The notes: generated by a model not told the origin, from the letters alone. Numbered from the stretch's first letter, positions 48,101 through 58,923 are shown. The stretch: DNA of 64,000 bases from Candidatus Hydrogenedentota bacterium (GCA_963745075.1 CAVUWV010000008.1:32001-96000); one strand, 5' to 3'. A program made the numbers and translations.

Positions 48101-49516
48101 TTACTCTTGAACCGGTTCCAGCGACGCCGTGTCGCCGTCCATGGTGTAGGGGAAACGCCGCACGTTGTCGCCGTCCTTGTTGCTGATGTAGAGGCGCGAC
48201 TCGGAGGGTTGCCGGCCGTGGCCGTCCGCCCAGAAGGCGTAGAAATCAGGGTTCGCATTCAACGGCCGCCGACAATAGGTTTGATTGAACGCACTGTTGT
48301 TCGTCAGTTGCCGTTCCCTGGTCCAGGTTACACCCTGGTCCTTGCTGATCCACATGGCGATCTCGCCGCCGGGGTTGAACGGTTGCGGCCCCGTCTCCGT
48401 GGGGCCGAATACCCGCCACGTACCGTCCGGCTCGATATGGATGCTGCCGGTATCGTAGTTGTTGTCGGAATCCGTAATCGTGTGGAACTCCCACGTGTCA
48501 CCGGTCCAATGGGCGACGCGCCATTCCCGCGGGGCGTATTCGGGCCCCGGCATCCAGGACTTCGCGGTGACGTGAAGAATCACCGGGTGGCCGTCCGCGT
48601 CATAGTTCACGTCCTTCATGTAGGCCAATAACCCCTCCGACTGATAGTCCCGCACCAAGGCCGGATTCGCGGGATCGCGCAAGGGTGCTTCCAACACCTG
48701 CCCATCGACGGTTCGCCACGTGCCGCCCATATCCGGCGTTTCGGCGTAGTAGAGGTTGGTGCGCCAATTCAGTCCGTGACGCGTGGCGTCGCCGTGATAG
48801 GCCTTTGGATGGTAGTTGAATGCCGTGCCCACCGTACCGTCCTCTTTCGGCCAGCTCACCTGGTAGTGCCCCTCATCGATGAGCGCGAGCAGGGACCGGT
48901 CCGACCATTCGCGGCCGTCTTTGCTCGTCTGCCAGTAGAGGGCGCGCCCGCCGTCGTAGCTGGTGTGGAGAAAGAGAAAGCCCTTCCCTTTCAAATGCCA
49001 CGGTTGCGGGTACGAGAAGTTGGTTTCCAGCACAATCTCAAAATCGTCGATATTGTAGGGATTACGGCTCGTGAAAATGTACGAAGGCCGCGACTTGCCG
49101 TGGGAACTGGCGAAGACCCAGATGTACCCGTCGTCGTCAATGGATATCACCGGGTTGTCGTGGGCATCCGACGTCTTCTTGTCGATCAGAATTGTCGGCC
49201 GCGGCACGGTGCCGGTCTTGTGGTCGTAGTACGAGACCATTTCGAGCAGCGCGTCCTGCCCCTCCTTGGTGCCGCCATAGACGAAGAAGGTCTTGTCCAC
49301 TTCCGGCGCGTAAATCGCCATGGGGATATGCTTGGCGCAGTACGTTCCCAAGCCGCCGCTGTATTTGTAAACGTATTCGTCGTTCGTCTTCTGGTTGTAA
49401 TACCAAATGCCCCGGTAGCCGGTGTCTTTCGCGTAGTCCTGGGCGCGAGCCGTAACGGTACCGGTCACAATCGCTGACGCCAACAAAATCCGCGAAACCC
49501 AAATCTTGTACTTCAT
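48101..49516 (-). CDS. Secreted BNR-4 repeat (beta-propeller) protein
   Basis: Signal peptide; DAHDNPVISIDDDGYIWV, FSYPQ, SKDGREW, SKDQGVTW. Confidence 0.78.
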   Translation of the reverse strand: MKYKIWVSRILLASAIVTGTVTARAQDYAKDTGYRGIWYYNQKTNDEYVYKYSGGLGTYCAKHIPMAIYAPEVDKTFFVYGGTKEGQDALLEMVSYYDHKTGTVPRPTILIDKKTSDAHDNPVISIDDDGYIWVFASSHGKSRPSYIFTSRNPYNIDDFEIVLETNFSYPQPWHLKGKGFLFLHTSYDGGRALYWQTSKDGREWSDRSLLALIDEGHYQVSWPKEDGTVGTAFNYHPKAYHGDATRHGLNWRTNLYYAETPDMGGTWRTVDGQVLEAPLRDPANPALVRDYQSEGLLAYMKDVNYDADGHPVILHVTAKSWMPGPEYAPREWRVAHWTGDTWEFHTITDSDNNYDTGSIHIEPDGTWRVFGPTETGPQPFNPGGEIAMWISKDQGVTWTRERQLTNNSAFNQTYCRRPLNANPDFYAFWADGHGRQPSESRLYISNKDGDNVRRFPYTMDGDTASLEPVQE

Positions 49517-49531
49517 CGACAACTCCTGTGT

Positions 49532-50653
49532 TTACCGTTCGGCGATGGGTTTGACGGGCCGGACGGCCGGGCCGACGTACCTGCTGAGGGGCCGGTAGAT
49601 GCGGTTGTTGGCGGCCTGTTCCATGAAGTGGGCGCACCAGCCTGTCACGCGCGACGCAACGAATAGCGGCGTGTACAGGTCCAAGGGCAGCCCCAGGATG
49701 TAATACGTCAAGCCGCAGGGGTAATCCACGTTGGGGTAGATTTTCTTGTCGTTGACCATCGGATCCTTGATGGCGTCGTAGATGGCCATGAGTTCCTGCT
49801 GCCCTTTGCTTTCGGCCAGCTTTCGGAGTTCCCGCTCCAAAATACGCGCACGGTGATCACCGTGTTTGTACACCCGGTGCCCGAATCCCATGACCTTCTG
49901 TTTCTTTGCCAAGGCTTCCTTGATCCAGGCGGCGGCCTCATCCGCGGTCTTGAACTGCCGGAGCATTTCCATGGCAGCCTCGTTGGCGCCGCCGTGAAGG
50001 GGGCCTTTGAGTGCGCCAATGGCCCCGACGATCGCCGACACGAGGTCGGACATGGTCGAGCAGATCACACGGTTGGTAAAGGTGCTGGCGTTGAACTCGT
50101 GCTCCGCGTAGAGCACCAGCGTAAGGTCGAGCAGGTGGGCCGACAAGTCATCCGGCGCTTCGCCGTGGGATTGATAAAGAATCTGCGCCGCGTGGGAGAG
50201 TCCCGGTTTTGCCTCGACCGGTTCTTTACCATTGAGGAGCCGGTACCGCGCCGCGATGATGCTGGCGATCTGGGCCGTGAGCCAGATGGAGCGCGTGCGG
50301 TAGTCCGCAGGGTCCGAAACGGGGTCGAAGTGACCGGTCATGGAGACGCCGGTCCGAAGCACGTCCATCATCGGGATCCCCTTCGGAATCAGCCGAACGG
50401 CATCGACCACTTGGGAGGGCAACGCCCGGTACTGGAAGAGGGCTTCCTTGAAGGCCTTCAATTGCGATTCATTCGGAAGATCTTCATGGAGTAGAAGATA
50501 GGCCGTCTCCTCGAAGGTGGTGTTCTCCGCGAGGTCTTCGATGGCGTATCCCCGGTACAGCAAGACGCCCTGGTCCACACAGGCGATGGTCGTTTCGCCG
50601 GCGACCACGCCCTCGAGCCCAGGCCGAATCGTCGATTCCGTCATGGCAAACAT
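49532..50653 (-). CDS. prpC: 2-methylcitrate synthase / citrate synthase
   Basis: GLEGVVA, AEHEFNASTF, GPLHGGANE, MGFGHRVY, PNVD; downstream of prpB. Confidence 0.85.
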   Translation of the reverse strand: MFAMTESTIRPGLEGVVAGETTIACVDQGVLLYRGYAIEDLAENTTFEETAYLLLHEDLPNESQLKAFKEALFQYRALPSQVVDAVRLIPKGIPMMDVLRTGVSMTGHFDPVSDPADYRTRSIWLTAQIASIIAARYRLLNGKEPVEAKPGLSHAAQILYQSHGEAPDDLSAHLLDLTLVLYAEHEFNASTFTNRVICSTMSDLVSAIVGAIGALKGPLHGGANEAAMEMLRQFKTADEAAAWIKEALAKKQKVMGFGHRVYKHGDHRARILERELRKLAESKGQQELMAIYDAIKDPMVNDKKIYPNVDYPCGLTYYILGLPLDLYTPLFVASRVTGWCAHFMEQAANNRIYRPLSRYVGPAVRPVKPIAER

Positions 50654-50732
50654 CCCTCCTTCTCACCTTGTCACCCGCACAGCGTTGTGCCGTGCGCATT
50701 CGAGGGCCTGTGAACGAACCGGCAGGGGTTCG

Positions 50733-51578
50733 TCAAACCCGGTAGTTCAGCAAGTGATAGAGTTCGTCGCGGGTCTGCATTTTGTCGAGCAGGGCGTGCT
50801 GGCTGCCTTCGTTGTGCAAGACGCGGAGCGCAGATTCCATGGCGCGGGCCACGATTCGCTGGAGCGTGACCGGGAAGATCACGATGTTGTAGCCGAGTTC
50901 CGCAAACCGGTCGACCGGCAAATAGGGGGTCTTGCCGAATTCGGTCATATTGGCCAAAAGAATGGTGTCCACATCCTGGGCGAAACGCGCCAACTCCTCG
51001 ACGCTTTCCAACGCCTCGGGGAAAATGGCGTCGGCCCCGGCTTCGAGATAGGCGTGAGCCCGCTGCACGGCGTCGTCGTAGTCAGTCACGCCGCGCGCGT
51101 CGGTCCGCGCAATTAAAAGAAAATCCTCGCTGGACTTGGCCTCCGCCGCGGCCGCGATCTTCTCGCAAAACTCCTCGGCCGGCACCAGCCGCTTGCCTTC
51201 CAGGTGCCCGCACCGCTTGGGGAACTCCTGATCCTCCAAGTGGATACCGCTGACCCCGGCGGCTTCGAGTTCCCGCACCGTTCGTGCGGCATTTTCGGGA
51301 CCGCCGTAGCCCGTGTCCGCGTCCGCGATGATGGGGAGCGTAGTTACCGACGCGATGTGTTTGCAGTGCTCGACAGATTCCGGCAGCGTCATGAGGCCCA
51401 CATCGGGGACGCCACCCACGCTGTTCGACAGCACCGCGCCCGACACGTAGATGGCCTCGAAACCTTCGCGCTCGATGAGGCGGCCGCTCAGAGCATTGAT
51501 CGCGCCCGGCATAGCGACTGTGTGGTCCGCCAACAGGGACCGCAGCCGGTCGGATCGCGTTGCAGAGTCTGGTCCCAT
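50733..51578 (-). CDS. prpB: Methylisocitrate lyase
   Basis: DADTGYG, HLEDQ, PKRCGH, IARTDA, LANMTEFGKTP. Confidence 0.93.
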   Translation of the reverse strand: MGPDSATRSDRLRSLLADHTVAMPGAINALSGRLIEREGFEAIYVSGAVLSNSVGGVPDVGLMTLPESVEHCKHIASVTTLPIIADADTGYGGPENAARTVRELEAAGVSGIHLEDQEFPKRCGHLEGKRLVPAEEFCEKIAAAAEAKSSEDFLLIARTDARGVTDYDDAVQRAHAYLEAGADAIFPEALESVEELARFAQDVDTILLANMTEFGKTPYLPVDRFAELGYNIVIFPVTLQRIVARAMESALRVLHNEGSQHALLDKMQTRDELYHLLNYRV

Positions 51579-51777
51579 AGATCATCCTCGGAAATGCGCC
51601 ACGGAATCCACGCGCTGTCCAACACAAGCTGTTCTTGGCCGGGACAGTGCAATAATAGAACCACCATGCAGCTTGACACCCCGGCGCGGGACCTGTCAAG
51701 CGGGGGCTGATATCCCGAACCTGATGGACTCTATCGACCCGATGGACGTAAGAAGTCCGGCAGTCCGGGTTGCTCGA

Positions 51778-52146
51778 TTACTGAGGATCAGAGTGGTCGA
51801 CGGATCCGCGTTCCAAGGCGTCGATGATGGCGAGGTACCGTCGCTCGTTGGAGAAGATGGCGAAACCGAAGAGGACTACGACGACGGTCACGGCAAGACA
51901 GAGCAAGAAGACGACAGGGAGCATCATCGCCATCAGTTCCAGGGTCGAGCGTTCGAGCCCGCCCGTCTTGAGCAGGTCGGCGACGTACATCGGATTCGCC
52001 AGGAATGGGACCCGGAAGAACAGGGTCGCGGCGAGCGCCAATAGTACGAGCAGGAGTGCCGCCCCAACGAGGTTCCAGGACCGGGCGAGCCGCCGGCGTC
52101 GCTGCAGGAATCGGCGATCGGATTCGTTCATTTCAACGTCTCCCAC
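51778..52146 (-). CDS. Hypothetical 2-TM membrane protein
   Basis: Two hydrophobic helices; PFLANP and NERRYLAII; follows yjbQ. Confidence 0.65.
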   Translation of the reverse strand: MGDVEMNESDRRFLQRRRRLARSWNLVGAALLLVLLALAATLFFRVPFLANPMYVADLLKTGGLERSTLELMAMMLPVVFLLCLAVTVVVVLFGFAIFSNERRYLAIIDALERGSVDHSDPQ

Positions 52147-52155
52147 AGTGTGTTG

Positions 52156-52569
52156 CTATTCGCCCATCACCTTGATAATCAACCGCTTACGTCGTTGCCC
52201 GTCGAACTCGGCGTAGTAGACTTGTTGCCACGGGCCCAAGTCGAGTTTGCCGTCGGTAATAGGCACGATGACCTCGTGATGGATGATGAGGCTTTTGAGG
52301 TGGGAGTCGCCGTTGGTCTCGCCGGTCTGGTGGTGGCGGTAGTCTTGCCGGAAAGGCGCAAGTCCTTCCAGCCACTCGTCGATATCGGCGATGAGGCCGG
52401 ATTCCGCGTCGTTGACGTAGACCCCGGCGGTGATGTGCATGGCGCTCACGAGGACCATGCCTTCCCGAACGCCGCTCTTTCGCACGATCTGCTCAACGTC
52501 GTCGGTGATGTTGATGTATTCCCGGTGTTTTTTTGTGTTGAACCACATGTATTCGGTTGCGAATTTCAC
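52156..52569 (-). CDS. yjbQ: YjbQ/UPF0047 family protein
   Basis: [26 protein letters not shown]. Confidence 0.92.
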   Translation of the reverse strand: MKFATEYMWFNTKKHREYINITDDVEQIVRKSGVREGMVLVSAMHITAGVYVNDAESGLIADIDEWLEGLAPFRQDYRHHQTGETNGDSHLKSLIIHHEVIVPITDGKLDLGPWQQVYYAEFDGQRRKRLIIKVMGE

Positions 52570-52802
52570 GACTCGTCCCCTCTCCTGGTCTCTGGTATGA
52601 TGTGGCCGTGCGGGAGCACGCGCACCAAGGGTTTAAGTATACTGTTCGCAGCAAGAAACGAACAGCCCAGGCCGACCGGGCGGCGTGATCCGGAAACCGC
52701 ACAGCGGAAACGATGCGCGGCGTATTCTTGTGTGAAACGCCGGGCCACTTTGTCGAGTCATTAGTCTTGCGGGGTTTTTGACCGACTGCAACCGTAATTC
52801 AG

Positions 52803-53705
52803 GTGAGAATGCAGCATCATCGTGGTATTTGGCTCTTTACGGGCGTTTTCGTATTGATTGCCGCCATCATTCTGGCGGTGCGCGATGCGCGAGCCCCCGC
52901 TCGCACACCGGTCGTAAATACCCCGGTCAAGACGGTTGCGTCTCATTTGAGCGAACCCCAGATCCAGATGCTGGTTACGACGATGAAGGCGTGCCTCGAG
53001 AACGATCCGCAGGCGCGGCGGGCAAACACGCGGTCGCTCGTCGACGGGGTAGCGGCGCTCGCGGCGGACGGGGTGTACGAGAGCGCGGACACGTACTACG
53101 CGTTGGGTGTGCTGCGCACGGCGCAGTTGGATTTCGACAGCGCGGAAGCGGCGTATCGCAAAGCCATCGAACTGCGGCCGGATTGGAATTGGGCGTACAA
53201 CGGGTTGGGGATTCTGAAACATACGCAAGGCAAGTACGCCGAAGCGGAAACGGCCTTTCGCAAGGCGATCGAGCTGGACCCTGACTGGAGCCGCGCCCAC
53301 AACGATCTTGCGATTCTGTTGCGCTTGACCGGACGTCTCCAGGAAGCGGAAGTGGAGGCGCAGCGCGCGTTGGAACTGAACCCGAACGCGGTGGCCACGC
53401 ACAACAACTACGGCAACTTATTGGTGGCGCTCAAGCGGTATGCGGAGGCGGAAACCGAATATCACATCGCCATCGACCAAGAACCGGATCATCCGGCGCC
53501 GTATTACAACCTCGCGTGCCTGGCCAGTCTGAAGGGGGACACGGAAAGCGTGGTCCCGCTGCTTTTGTGCGCCATCGAGTTCGATGCATCGTACCGCGAC
53601 GAAGCCCGGTACGACGACGACTTCGATCCGGTCCGAAACGATCCCACCTTCCAATTGTTGTTGCAGGCTCCCGAGGGTGAGCCGAAGACCCGCCTGCCGG
53701 AATAG
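52803..53705 (+). CDS. Membrane-anchored TPR protein
   Basis: Tandem TPRs (AYRKAIELRPD, FRKAIELDPD, ALELNPN); C-terminal YYNLAC...DDDFD. Confidence 0.88.
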   Translation: MRMQHHRGIWLFTGVFVLIAAIILAVRDARAPARTPVVNTPVKTVASHLSEPQIQMLVTTMKACLENDPQARRANTRSLVDGVAALAADGVYESADTYYALGVLRTAQLDFDSAEAAYRKAIELRPDWNWAYNGLGILKHTQGKYAEAETAFRKAIELDPDWSRAHNDLAILLRLTGRLQEAEVEAQRALELNPNAVATHNNYGNLLVALKRYAEAETEYHIAIDQEPDHPAPYYNLACLASLKGDTESVVPLLLCAIEFDASYRDEARYDDDFDPVRNDPTFQLLLQAPEGEPKTRLPE

Positions 53706-53794
53706 CCCGGATTTCGCCATCCAGATTTCCCCGCCGCGGCCCGAGCTGTGATACAGTTGGCCGACTATTTGGAGCGGACGAAGGGGGCGAGAAT

Positions 53795-55099
53795 ATGCCG
53801 TACTATCGCGACATTGGAGAATTGGCGGAACAGGTTTCGCTCTGGGCGGATTTGCGCCGGGAACAGGGGGCCGAACCGGAGGTGGTGCTGCGCCGCGTTC
53901 GGGCGGAATTGACGCGGGCCGCGCGGGACTTGGAACGAATGCAGCCGGGCGACGCGTCGCGCGCGAACGAGCCCGATGACCCGCGGGGCATTCGCGCATT
54001 GCGGCCGAAGGGGCCGCGGCGGTTGTGGGAACGGTTGCCGTCTAAGGGTTTTCGAAAGCAGGTGCTGGGCGCATGGTTGGGCCGGGCGGCGGGTTGCACG
54101 CTCGGGGTGCCGGTAGAATCGTGGTCCGTGGAAGATATGGCCGCGCTCGCGGAGCTGGGCGGGCAGAAGTTTCCGCCGACGGATTACTGGGCCGTGCATC
54201 CGCAGGCGGGCCGGGCCCATTACGGCACGAACACCATGGGCGACTATTTGCGCGGTCGTATCCGGATGGTTCCGGTCGATGACGACTTGGGGTACACGCT
54301 TCTTGGGTTGCTGATTCTGGAACGGTTCGGTCCGCGTTTCACGACTGCTGACGTAGGCCAGGCCTGGCGAAGGCATTTGCCTATCGCATGCACGGCGGAA
54401 GATGTGGCGCTCCGCAATCTGAAAGCGGGGGTGCGCGCCGTGCGTGCGGCGGAACGGCGGAACCCCTATCAGGAATGGATCGGTGCGGATATTCGCAGTG
54501 ATCCGTGGGGATACGTCGCGGCCGGTTGGCCGGAAAAGGCGGCGGAACTCGCCTATCGCGACGCGTACCTGTCGCACCGGAAAAACGGGATCTACGGAGC
54601 GATGTTCTTTGCCGCGGCAATCGCAGCGGCTTTCGTGGTGGACGAACCTCTGGACGCGCTCCGCATCGGGCTGACCGAAATTCCGCGGAACTGCCGGCTC
54701 GCTGCGGATATTCGTTGGGCGTTGCGACGCGCCCCTGCATTGCGTGGATGGAAGGACGCGCACGACCTTGTCGCGAAGCGATTCAAGAGGATGCACCACG
54801 TCCACACGAACAACAACGCGTGTTTGACCGTGTTCGGTCTGGCGTTGGGAGGAGGGGACTTCACGCGGACGATTGGCTATACCGTTGCGATGGGTTTCGA
54901 TAACGATTGCACGGCAGCGACGGCCGGTTCGATCCTTGGCGCTATTGTTGGAACGGAAGGCATTCCGGAACACTGGTGGAAACCGTTCCGGAACCGGACG
55001 GTTACGTATTTGAAGCATTGCCCGCCGATGAAGAACACGGCGATCGCGCGGCGGTTCGAGGTGCAGGCCGAGCGGGTTTGGGAAGAGAGTGTGGGCTGA
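53795..55099 (+). CDS. ADP-ribosylglycohydrolase family protein
   Basis: GAWLGRAAGCTLG, DDDLGY, EWIGADIRSD, GFDNDCTAATAGS. Confidence 0.88.
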   Translation: MPYYRDIGELAEQVSLWADLRREQGAEPEVVLRRVRAELTRAARDLERMQPGDASRANEPDDPRGIRALRPKGPRRLWERLPSKGFRKQVLGAWLGRAAGCTLGVPVESWSVEDMAALAELGGQKFPPTDYWAVHPQAGRAHYGTNTMGDYLRGRIRMVPVDDDLGYTLLGLLILERFGPRFTTADVGQAWRRHLPIACTAEDVALRNLKAGVRAVRAAERRNPYQEWIGADIRSDPWGYVAAGWPEKAAELAYRDAYLSHRKNGIYGAMFFAAAIAAAFVVDEPLDALRIGLTEIPRNCRLAADIRWALRRAPALRGWKDAHDLVAKRFKRMHHVHTNNNACLTVFGLALGGGDFTRTIGYTVAMGFDNDCTAATAGSILGAIVGTEGIPEHWWKPFRNRTVTYLKHCPPMKNTAIARRFEVQAERVWEESVG

Positions 55100-55176
55100 G
55101 GTGAACCTTCGATTACGAGCACGAGTGCGAAGTCGTGGGCATGGGAATCGTTTTGAGTCATTGCCGGAGGGAAAGA

Positions 55177-55845
55177 ATGGATCGAGATTTGTTTGTTGCG
55201 GTGGACCAATACATCGACCAACTGTTCGTGCCGGAAGACGCGGCGCTGGAAGCGGCACGGAAATCTGCGGTGGACGCGGGGCTGCCGGAGATCCAGGTGT
55301 CGCGTGGTCAAGGCAAGTTGTTGTACCTGCTGGCGCGGTTGTGCGGCGCGCGGCGCATTCTGGAACTGGGCACGCTGGGCGGATACAGCGCGATTTGGCT
55401 CGGCCGCGCCTTACCGCCGGACGGGCGAATGATCTCGTTGGAACTGGATCCCCACCACGCAGACGTGGCCCGCGCGAGCATTGCCCGGGCGGGTCTGGAT
55501 GATCGCGTCGAGGTGTTGGTCGGTCGGGCGCTGGATTCGTTGAAGCAATTGAAGGAGCGCGGCGTGGAACCCTTCGACATGGTCTTCATCGATGCCGACA
55601 AGGTGAGTTACCCGGCCTATCTGGAGCGAACGTTACCCTTGATTCGCCCCGGCGGATTGCTCGCCGCCGACAACGTCGTTCGCGCCGGAAAGGTGCTGGA
55701 CCCGGACAGCGACGACGAATCCGTTCGCGGTGCGGCAACGTTTAACGCCGCACTCGCCGCCGAACCTCGCGTCGAGGCGATCGTACTTCAACAGGTCGGC
55801 GCGAAGGGACACGATGGGTTGGCCATCGCAGTCGTGAAGAAATAG
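55177..55845 (+). CDS. SAM-dependent O-methyltransferase (caffeoyl-CoA type)
   Basis: ILELGTLGGYS, FDMVFIDADK, ADNVV, GHDG. Start at ATG 55177 after GGAGG. Confidence 0.92.
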   Translation: MDRDLFVAVDQYIDQLFVPEDAALEAARKSAVDAGLPEIQVSRGQGKLLYLLARLCGARRILELGTLGGYSAIWLGRALPPDGRMISLELDPHHADVARASIARAGLDDRVEVLVGRALDSLKQLKERGVEPFDMVFIDADKVSYPAYLERTLPLIRPGGLLAADNVVRAGKVLDPDSDDESVRGAATFNAALAAEPRVEAIVLQQVGAKGHDGLAIAVVKK

Positions 55846-55883
55846 CAGACACTTTCATTCTGGCCCGAGGCGCGAACCGGAAT

Positions 55884-56618
55884 TCAGAAGGCGTCGCACT
55901 GGTGGCTCATGGGTTCCCAGGTCAGGATATTGGCGTGTTTGGCGTGTTTGACGAGGATCAGTTTGTCTCCCTCGCCGAGTTGCACGTAGTCCGGGCACGT
56001 GTCGTGGGCCAGCATCGCGGGGCCCCGGGTGATCAATACGCGAATGGTCACGTTGTCCGGCACGACGAGGTGACTGGTAAGTTCGGTGGTGTTTTTGAAC
56101 GCGATGCCCAGCCCGGCGTGGAAGATGCCGCGGGTGATCTGGTTGTAGTAGGCGGTGCTTCCAAAAGGGGTGCTGACGACCACGCCGTCGCCGATGATCT
56201 CCGCGCCGTCCGCGAAGCCTTCGTCGTTAATCCAGACTTTCAGACGCACCGCCGAGTTGATGTTGCCCATGTGGACGTTGAACTCATTCATGGCGGTCAG
56301 GGTGTGTTCGGGTCGGTCCTGGTTGTCGCGGTACACTTGGCACTCGATCTTGATGAAGGCAATGCGATTGAGGTCGTCGTTGGCCAGCCGTTCGATCACC
56401 TTTTCGGGGGGATGGGCGATGCAGCGCTTTCCCCGGCGGCTGTTGCGGATGGGCACTTTCGGGATTTCCGGCCAATTCAGTTCGGCCGACAGCAGGGTGC
56501 CGTCGCCGCCGTAACAGACCACAAGTTCCGGATCGCGGTCCACGAGTTCGAACTGTGGATAGCGGGCGAGGATCGGATTCAGCTTTTCCGCTTCAGCGCC
56601 AAAGAGAAGAGTCTTCAT
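55884..56618 (-). CDS. ppnK: NAD(+) kinase
   Basis: GGDGTLL, AMNE, GDGVVVSTPFGSTAY. Confidence 0.85.
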   Translation of the reverse strand: MKTLLFGAEAEKLNPILARYPQFELVDRDPELVVCYGGDGTLLSAELNWPEIPKVPIRNSRRGKRCIAHPPEKVIERLANDDLNRIAFIKIECQVYRDNQDRPEHTLTAMNEFNVHMGNINSAVRLKVWINDEGFADGAEIIGDGVVVSTPFGSTAYYNQITRGIFHAGLGIAFKNTTELTSHLVVPDNVTIRVLITRGPAMLAHDTCPDYVQLGEGDKLILVKHAKHANILTWEPMSHQCDAF

Positions 56619-56929
56619 GAGACGTTTGTAGTCCTAACGTGGGTTCCTGTGATGACTTACCAAACCCACGGCTTGCCCAAATTCGAATCTCGAAACAAAT
56701 CTCAGTGATTTAAATCCGAATAACCGAAACAGCGAAGTGGAATTCCTCTTTAAGGCGCTACGTGTTTATACCTGCCGACGCGAGCAAGCAGGGATTTCTT
56801 CGCTGTGTTTCAATCATTTGGATTTCGGGTTTCAATTTCAACGCGCGACCCTAGTTCGTACCGAACACTTCGCTCTCACTACCGCAAAATCGGTTTTTCA
56901 GGGTTTCTATATGCGCCTGAGGATCGCAC

Positions 56930-58561
56930 TTATAGAATGCGCGATGCAAATCGGCGGGAGAGGATGTAGGTCAAGGCGACCAGCACCATCAGAAACACGC
57001 TGTAGGCGAAGGCGGCGCCGATGCCCGAACCGCGCCAGGCGATGTTGATCTGCACGGCGATGGGGAGGTTGGCCGGAACCCACAGCAGAATGGACGCGAC
57101 GAATTCGCCCAGGCTCAGGGCGAAGACCAATGCGGCGCCGGCGGCGAGGGACGGCGCGAGCAGGGGCACGACGATTCGCCGGAAACAGAAGGCCCGGGAG
57201 GCGCCGAGCGTCCGGGCGGCTTCGATGAGGGTTGCGTCGAAGGGCTCGATGGCGGCGGTGGCCATGCGGGTGAGCAAGGGAATGTTGCGCACGAAGTAGG
57301 CAAGGGGCAAGAGCCAGACGGTGCCGACGAGGGGGAGCCAGCGGTCGTTGAAGGCGACGATCAGGTTGATGGCGATGACCGTGCCGGGTAGGGCCCAGGG
57401 GATCATTACGAGCACGTTGAGCAAGCGACCGCCCGGGCGTTTGCGGGCGATGAGGTAGGCCGATGGCATGGCGATGACGAGGGTGGTCACGGCGGCCACG
57501 GCGCTCATCCACAGGCTGTTCCGAATGGGCCAGAACGCGTTGGGGTCGCGGAAAATGGTCAGGTAGTTGTCGAAGGTAAAGGCGGTGGGAAAGACTTGTG
57601 TGTACCATTCCCGGTGGTTGACGAAAGATAACCAGATGATGGTGATGTGGGGGATCAGGAGCACCATCAGAACCGCACCCGATACCACGCCCGCCAATAT
57701 CCGGCCGCGCCGGGATCGCACCCGAACGCGGACGCCTTTGGATGCGCCCCCTCCAGCAGCGCGGCGTGCGCGGAAAATCACGACGCCCAACAGCGACACC
57801 GCGGCCAGGACTACGGTCAGCGTCATGGCGGTTGCGTCGTTGTGTTGCGTCTGCTCTTCGTAGATGCGAACGCTGAGCATAGGATAGTCGTTCCCAAAAA
57901 TAAGCGGCGCGCTGAACGACGCGCCGGAAGACATGAAGGTCAGCAAGGCCGCGCCGCGCAGGGCCGGCATGAGCTGGGGCAACGTTACCTGCATGAAGAC
58001 CCGGAGGCGTTTCGCACCCAGCGTGCGGGCCGCTTCGATCTGGGCCACGTCCAACGATTCCATGGCGGCGGATACCATGGCGTAGAAGAAGACGTAGAAC
58101 GAATAGGTGTGGATGAGCAGGATGGCCGAGGGACCTTGCAAGAAGGCATTTTCGATACCAAAGGTCTGTGCCAGAAAACGGGGGACGAATCCGTCGCGCC
58201 CGACGATGTAGTAAAAGGCGACGGTGCCCACGAGCGGCGGCAGGGTGAAGGGCAGATAGGCCAGGGCCGCCATCAGGCCACGTCCGGGGAATGCGTAGCG
58301 GGTTACGAAGAAGGCCATGGCCGTGCCGATGGTGCCGGAGGTAGCCACCGACAGGAACGCGATGAAGACCGTGTTGCGGACGGCGGTCCAGCCGGCATTG
58401 TCGCGCAGCGCGTCCCATTGCCACGATGTCAGGGTTTCCGCAAGCAGGCGAACGGTGGGATAAGCGATGGTCAGGCCCAGGACGACCGCACACGCACCGA
58501 GCAAGACGCGGTCCAGGGATCGCTGATCGGAAAGGCGGGTCGAGGCGGACCGGCGTCTCAA
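56930..58561 (-). CDS. Fe3+/thiamine-type ABC transporter permease (FbpB-like, duplicated TMD)
   Basis: Two EAARTLGA loops; about 12 TM helices; LPGTVIA. Confidence 0.88.
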   Translation of the reverse strand: MRRRSASTRLSDQRSLDRVLLGACAVVLGLTIAYPTVRLLAETLTSWQWDALRDNAGWTAVRNTVFIAFLSVATSGTIGTAMAFFVTRYAFPGRGLMAALAYLPFTLPPLVGTVAFYYIVGRDGFVPRFLAQTFGIENAFLQGPSAILLIHTYSFYVFFYAMVSAAMESLDVAQIEAARTLGAKRLRVFMQVTLPQLMPALRGAALLTFMSSGASFSAPLIFGNDYPMLSVRIYEEQTQHNDATAMTLTVVLAAVSLLGVVIFRARRAAGGGASKGVRVRVRSRRGRILAGVVSGAVLMVLLIPHITIIWLSFVNHREWYTQVFPTAFTFDNYLTIFRDPNAFWPIRNSLWMSAVAAVTTLVIAMPSAYLIARKRPGGRLLNVLVMIPWALPGTVIAINLIVAFNDRWLPLVGTVWLLPLAYFVRNIPLLTRMATAAIEPFDATLIEAARTLGASRAFCFRRIVVPLLAPSLAAGAALVFALSLGEFVASILLWVPANLPIAVQINIAWRGSGIGAAFAYSVFLMVLVALTYILSRRFASRIL

Positions 58562-58923
58562 CGCTCGGCAGACGCCTCGGCGGAGAGATCGTGCTGCACG
58601 AACTCGGAAATGGCGTCGCGGTCCTCTTCGGCCATCTTGGTATACAGGATGGCGACCTTGAAGTGGTCGTCGCCCATCTCATGGGGTTCGCATCGCACGA
58701 CGATGCCTTCGCATTCGATGCGCCGTTGGTGCGGTTTTGGTAATTCCAGCGCAATGCTCATGCGCGTCATGAGCGGGACGGGCTTGACCGTATGGCACAA
58801 CACGCCGTTGGCGCTGATGTTGTCGATATGATTCAGAACCCCCGGGCCGCTGTCGTCAACGATCGCCGGGAACCCTCGTCGGCTCCGCGCGTACCGCCGC
58901 CGTTCATCGCCTGTATACCGCAT
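58558..58923 (-). CDS. Stand-alone PilZ domain protein
   Basis: RRYAR (RxxxR) and NISANG (D/NxSxxG) c-di-GMP motifs; GIVVR; GGAGG RBS. Confidence 0.85.
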   Translation of the reverse strand: MRYTGDERRRYARSRRGFPAIVDDSGPGVLNHIDNISANGVLCHTVKPVPLMTRMSIALELPKPHQRRIECEGIVVRCEPHEMGDDHFKVAILYTKMAEEDRDAISEFVQHDLSAEASAER

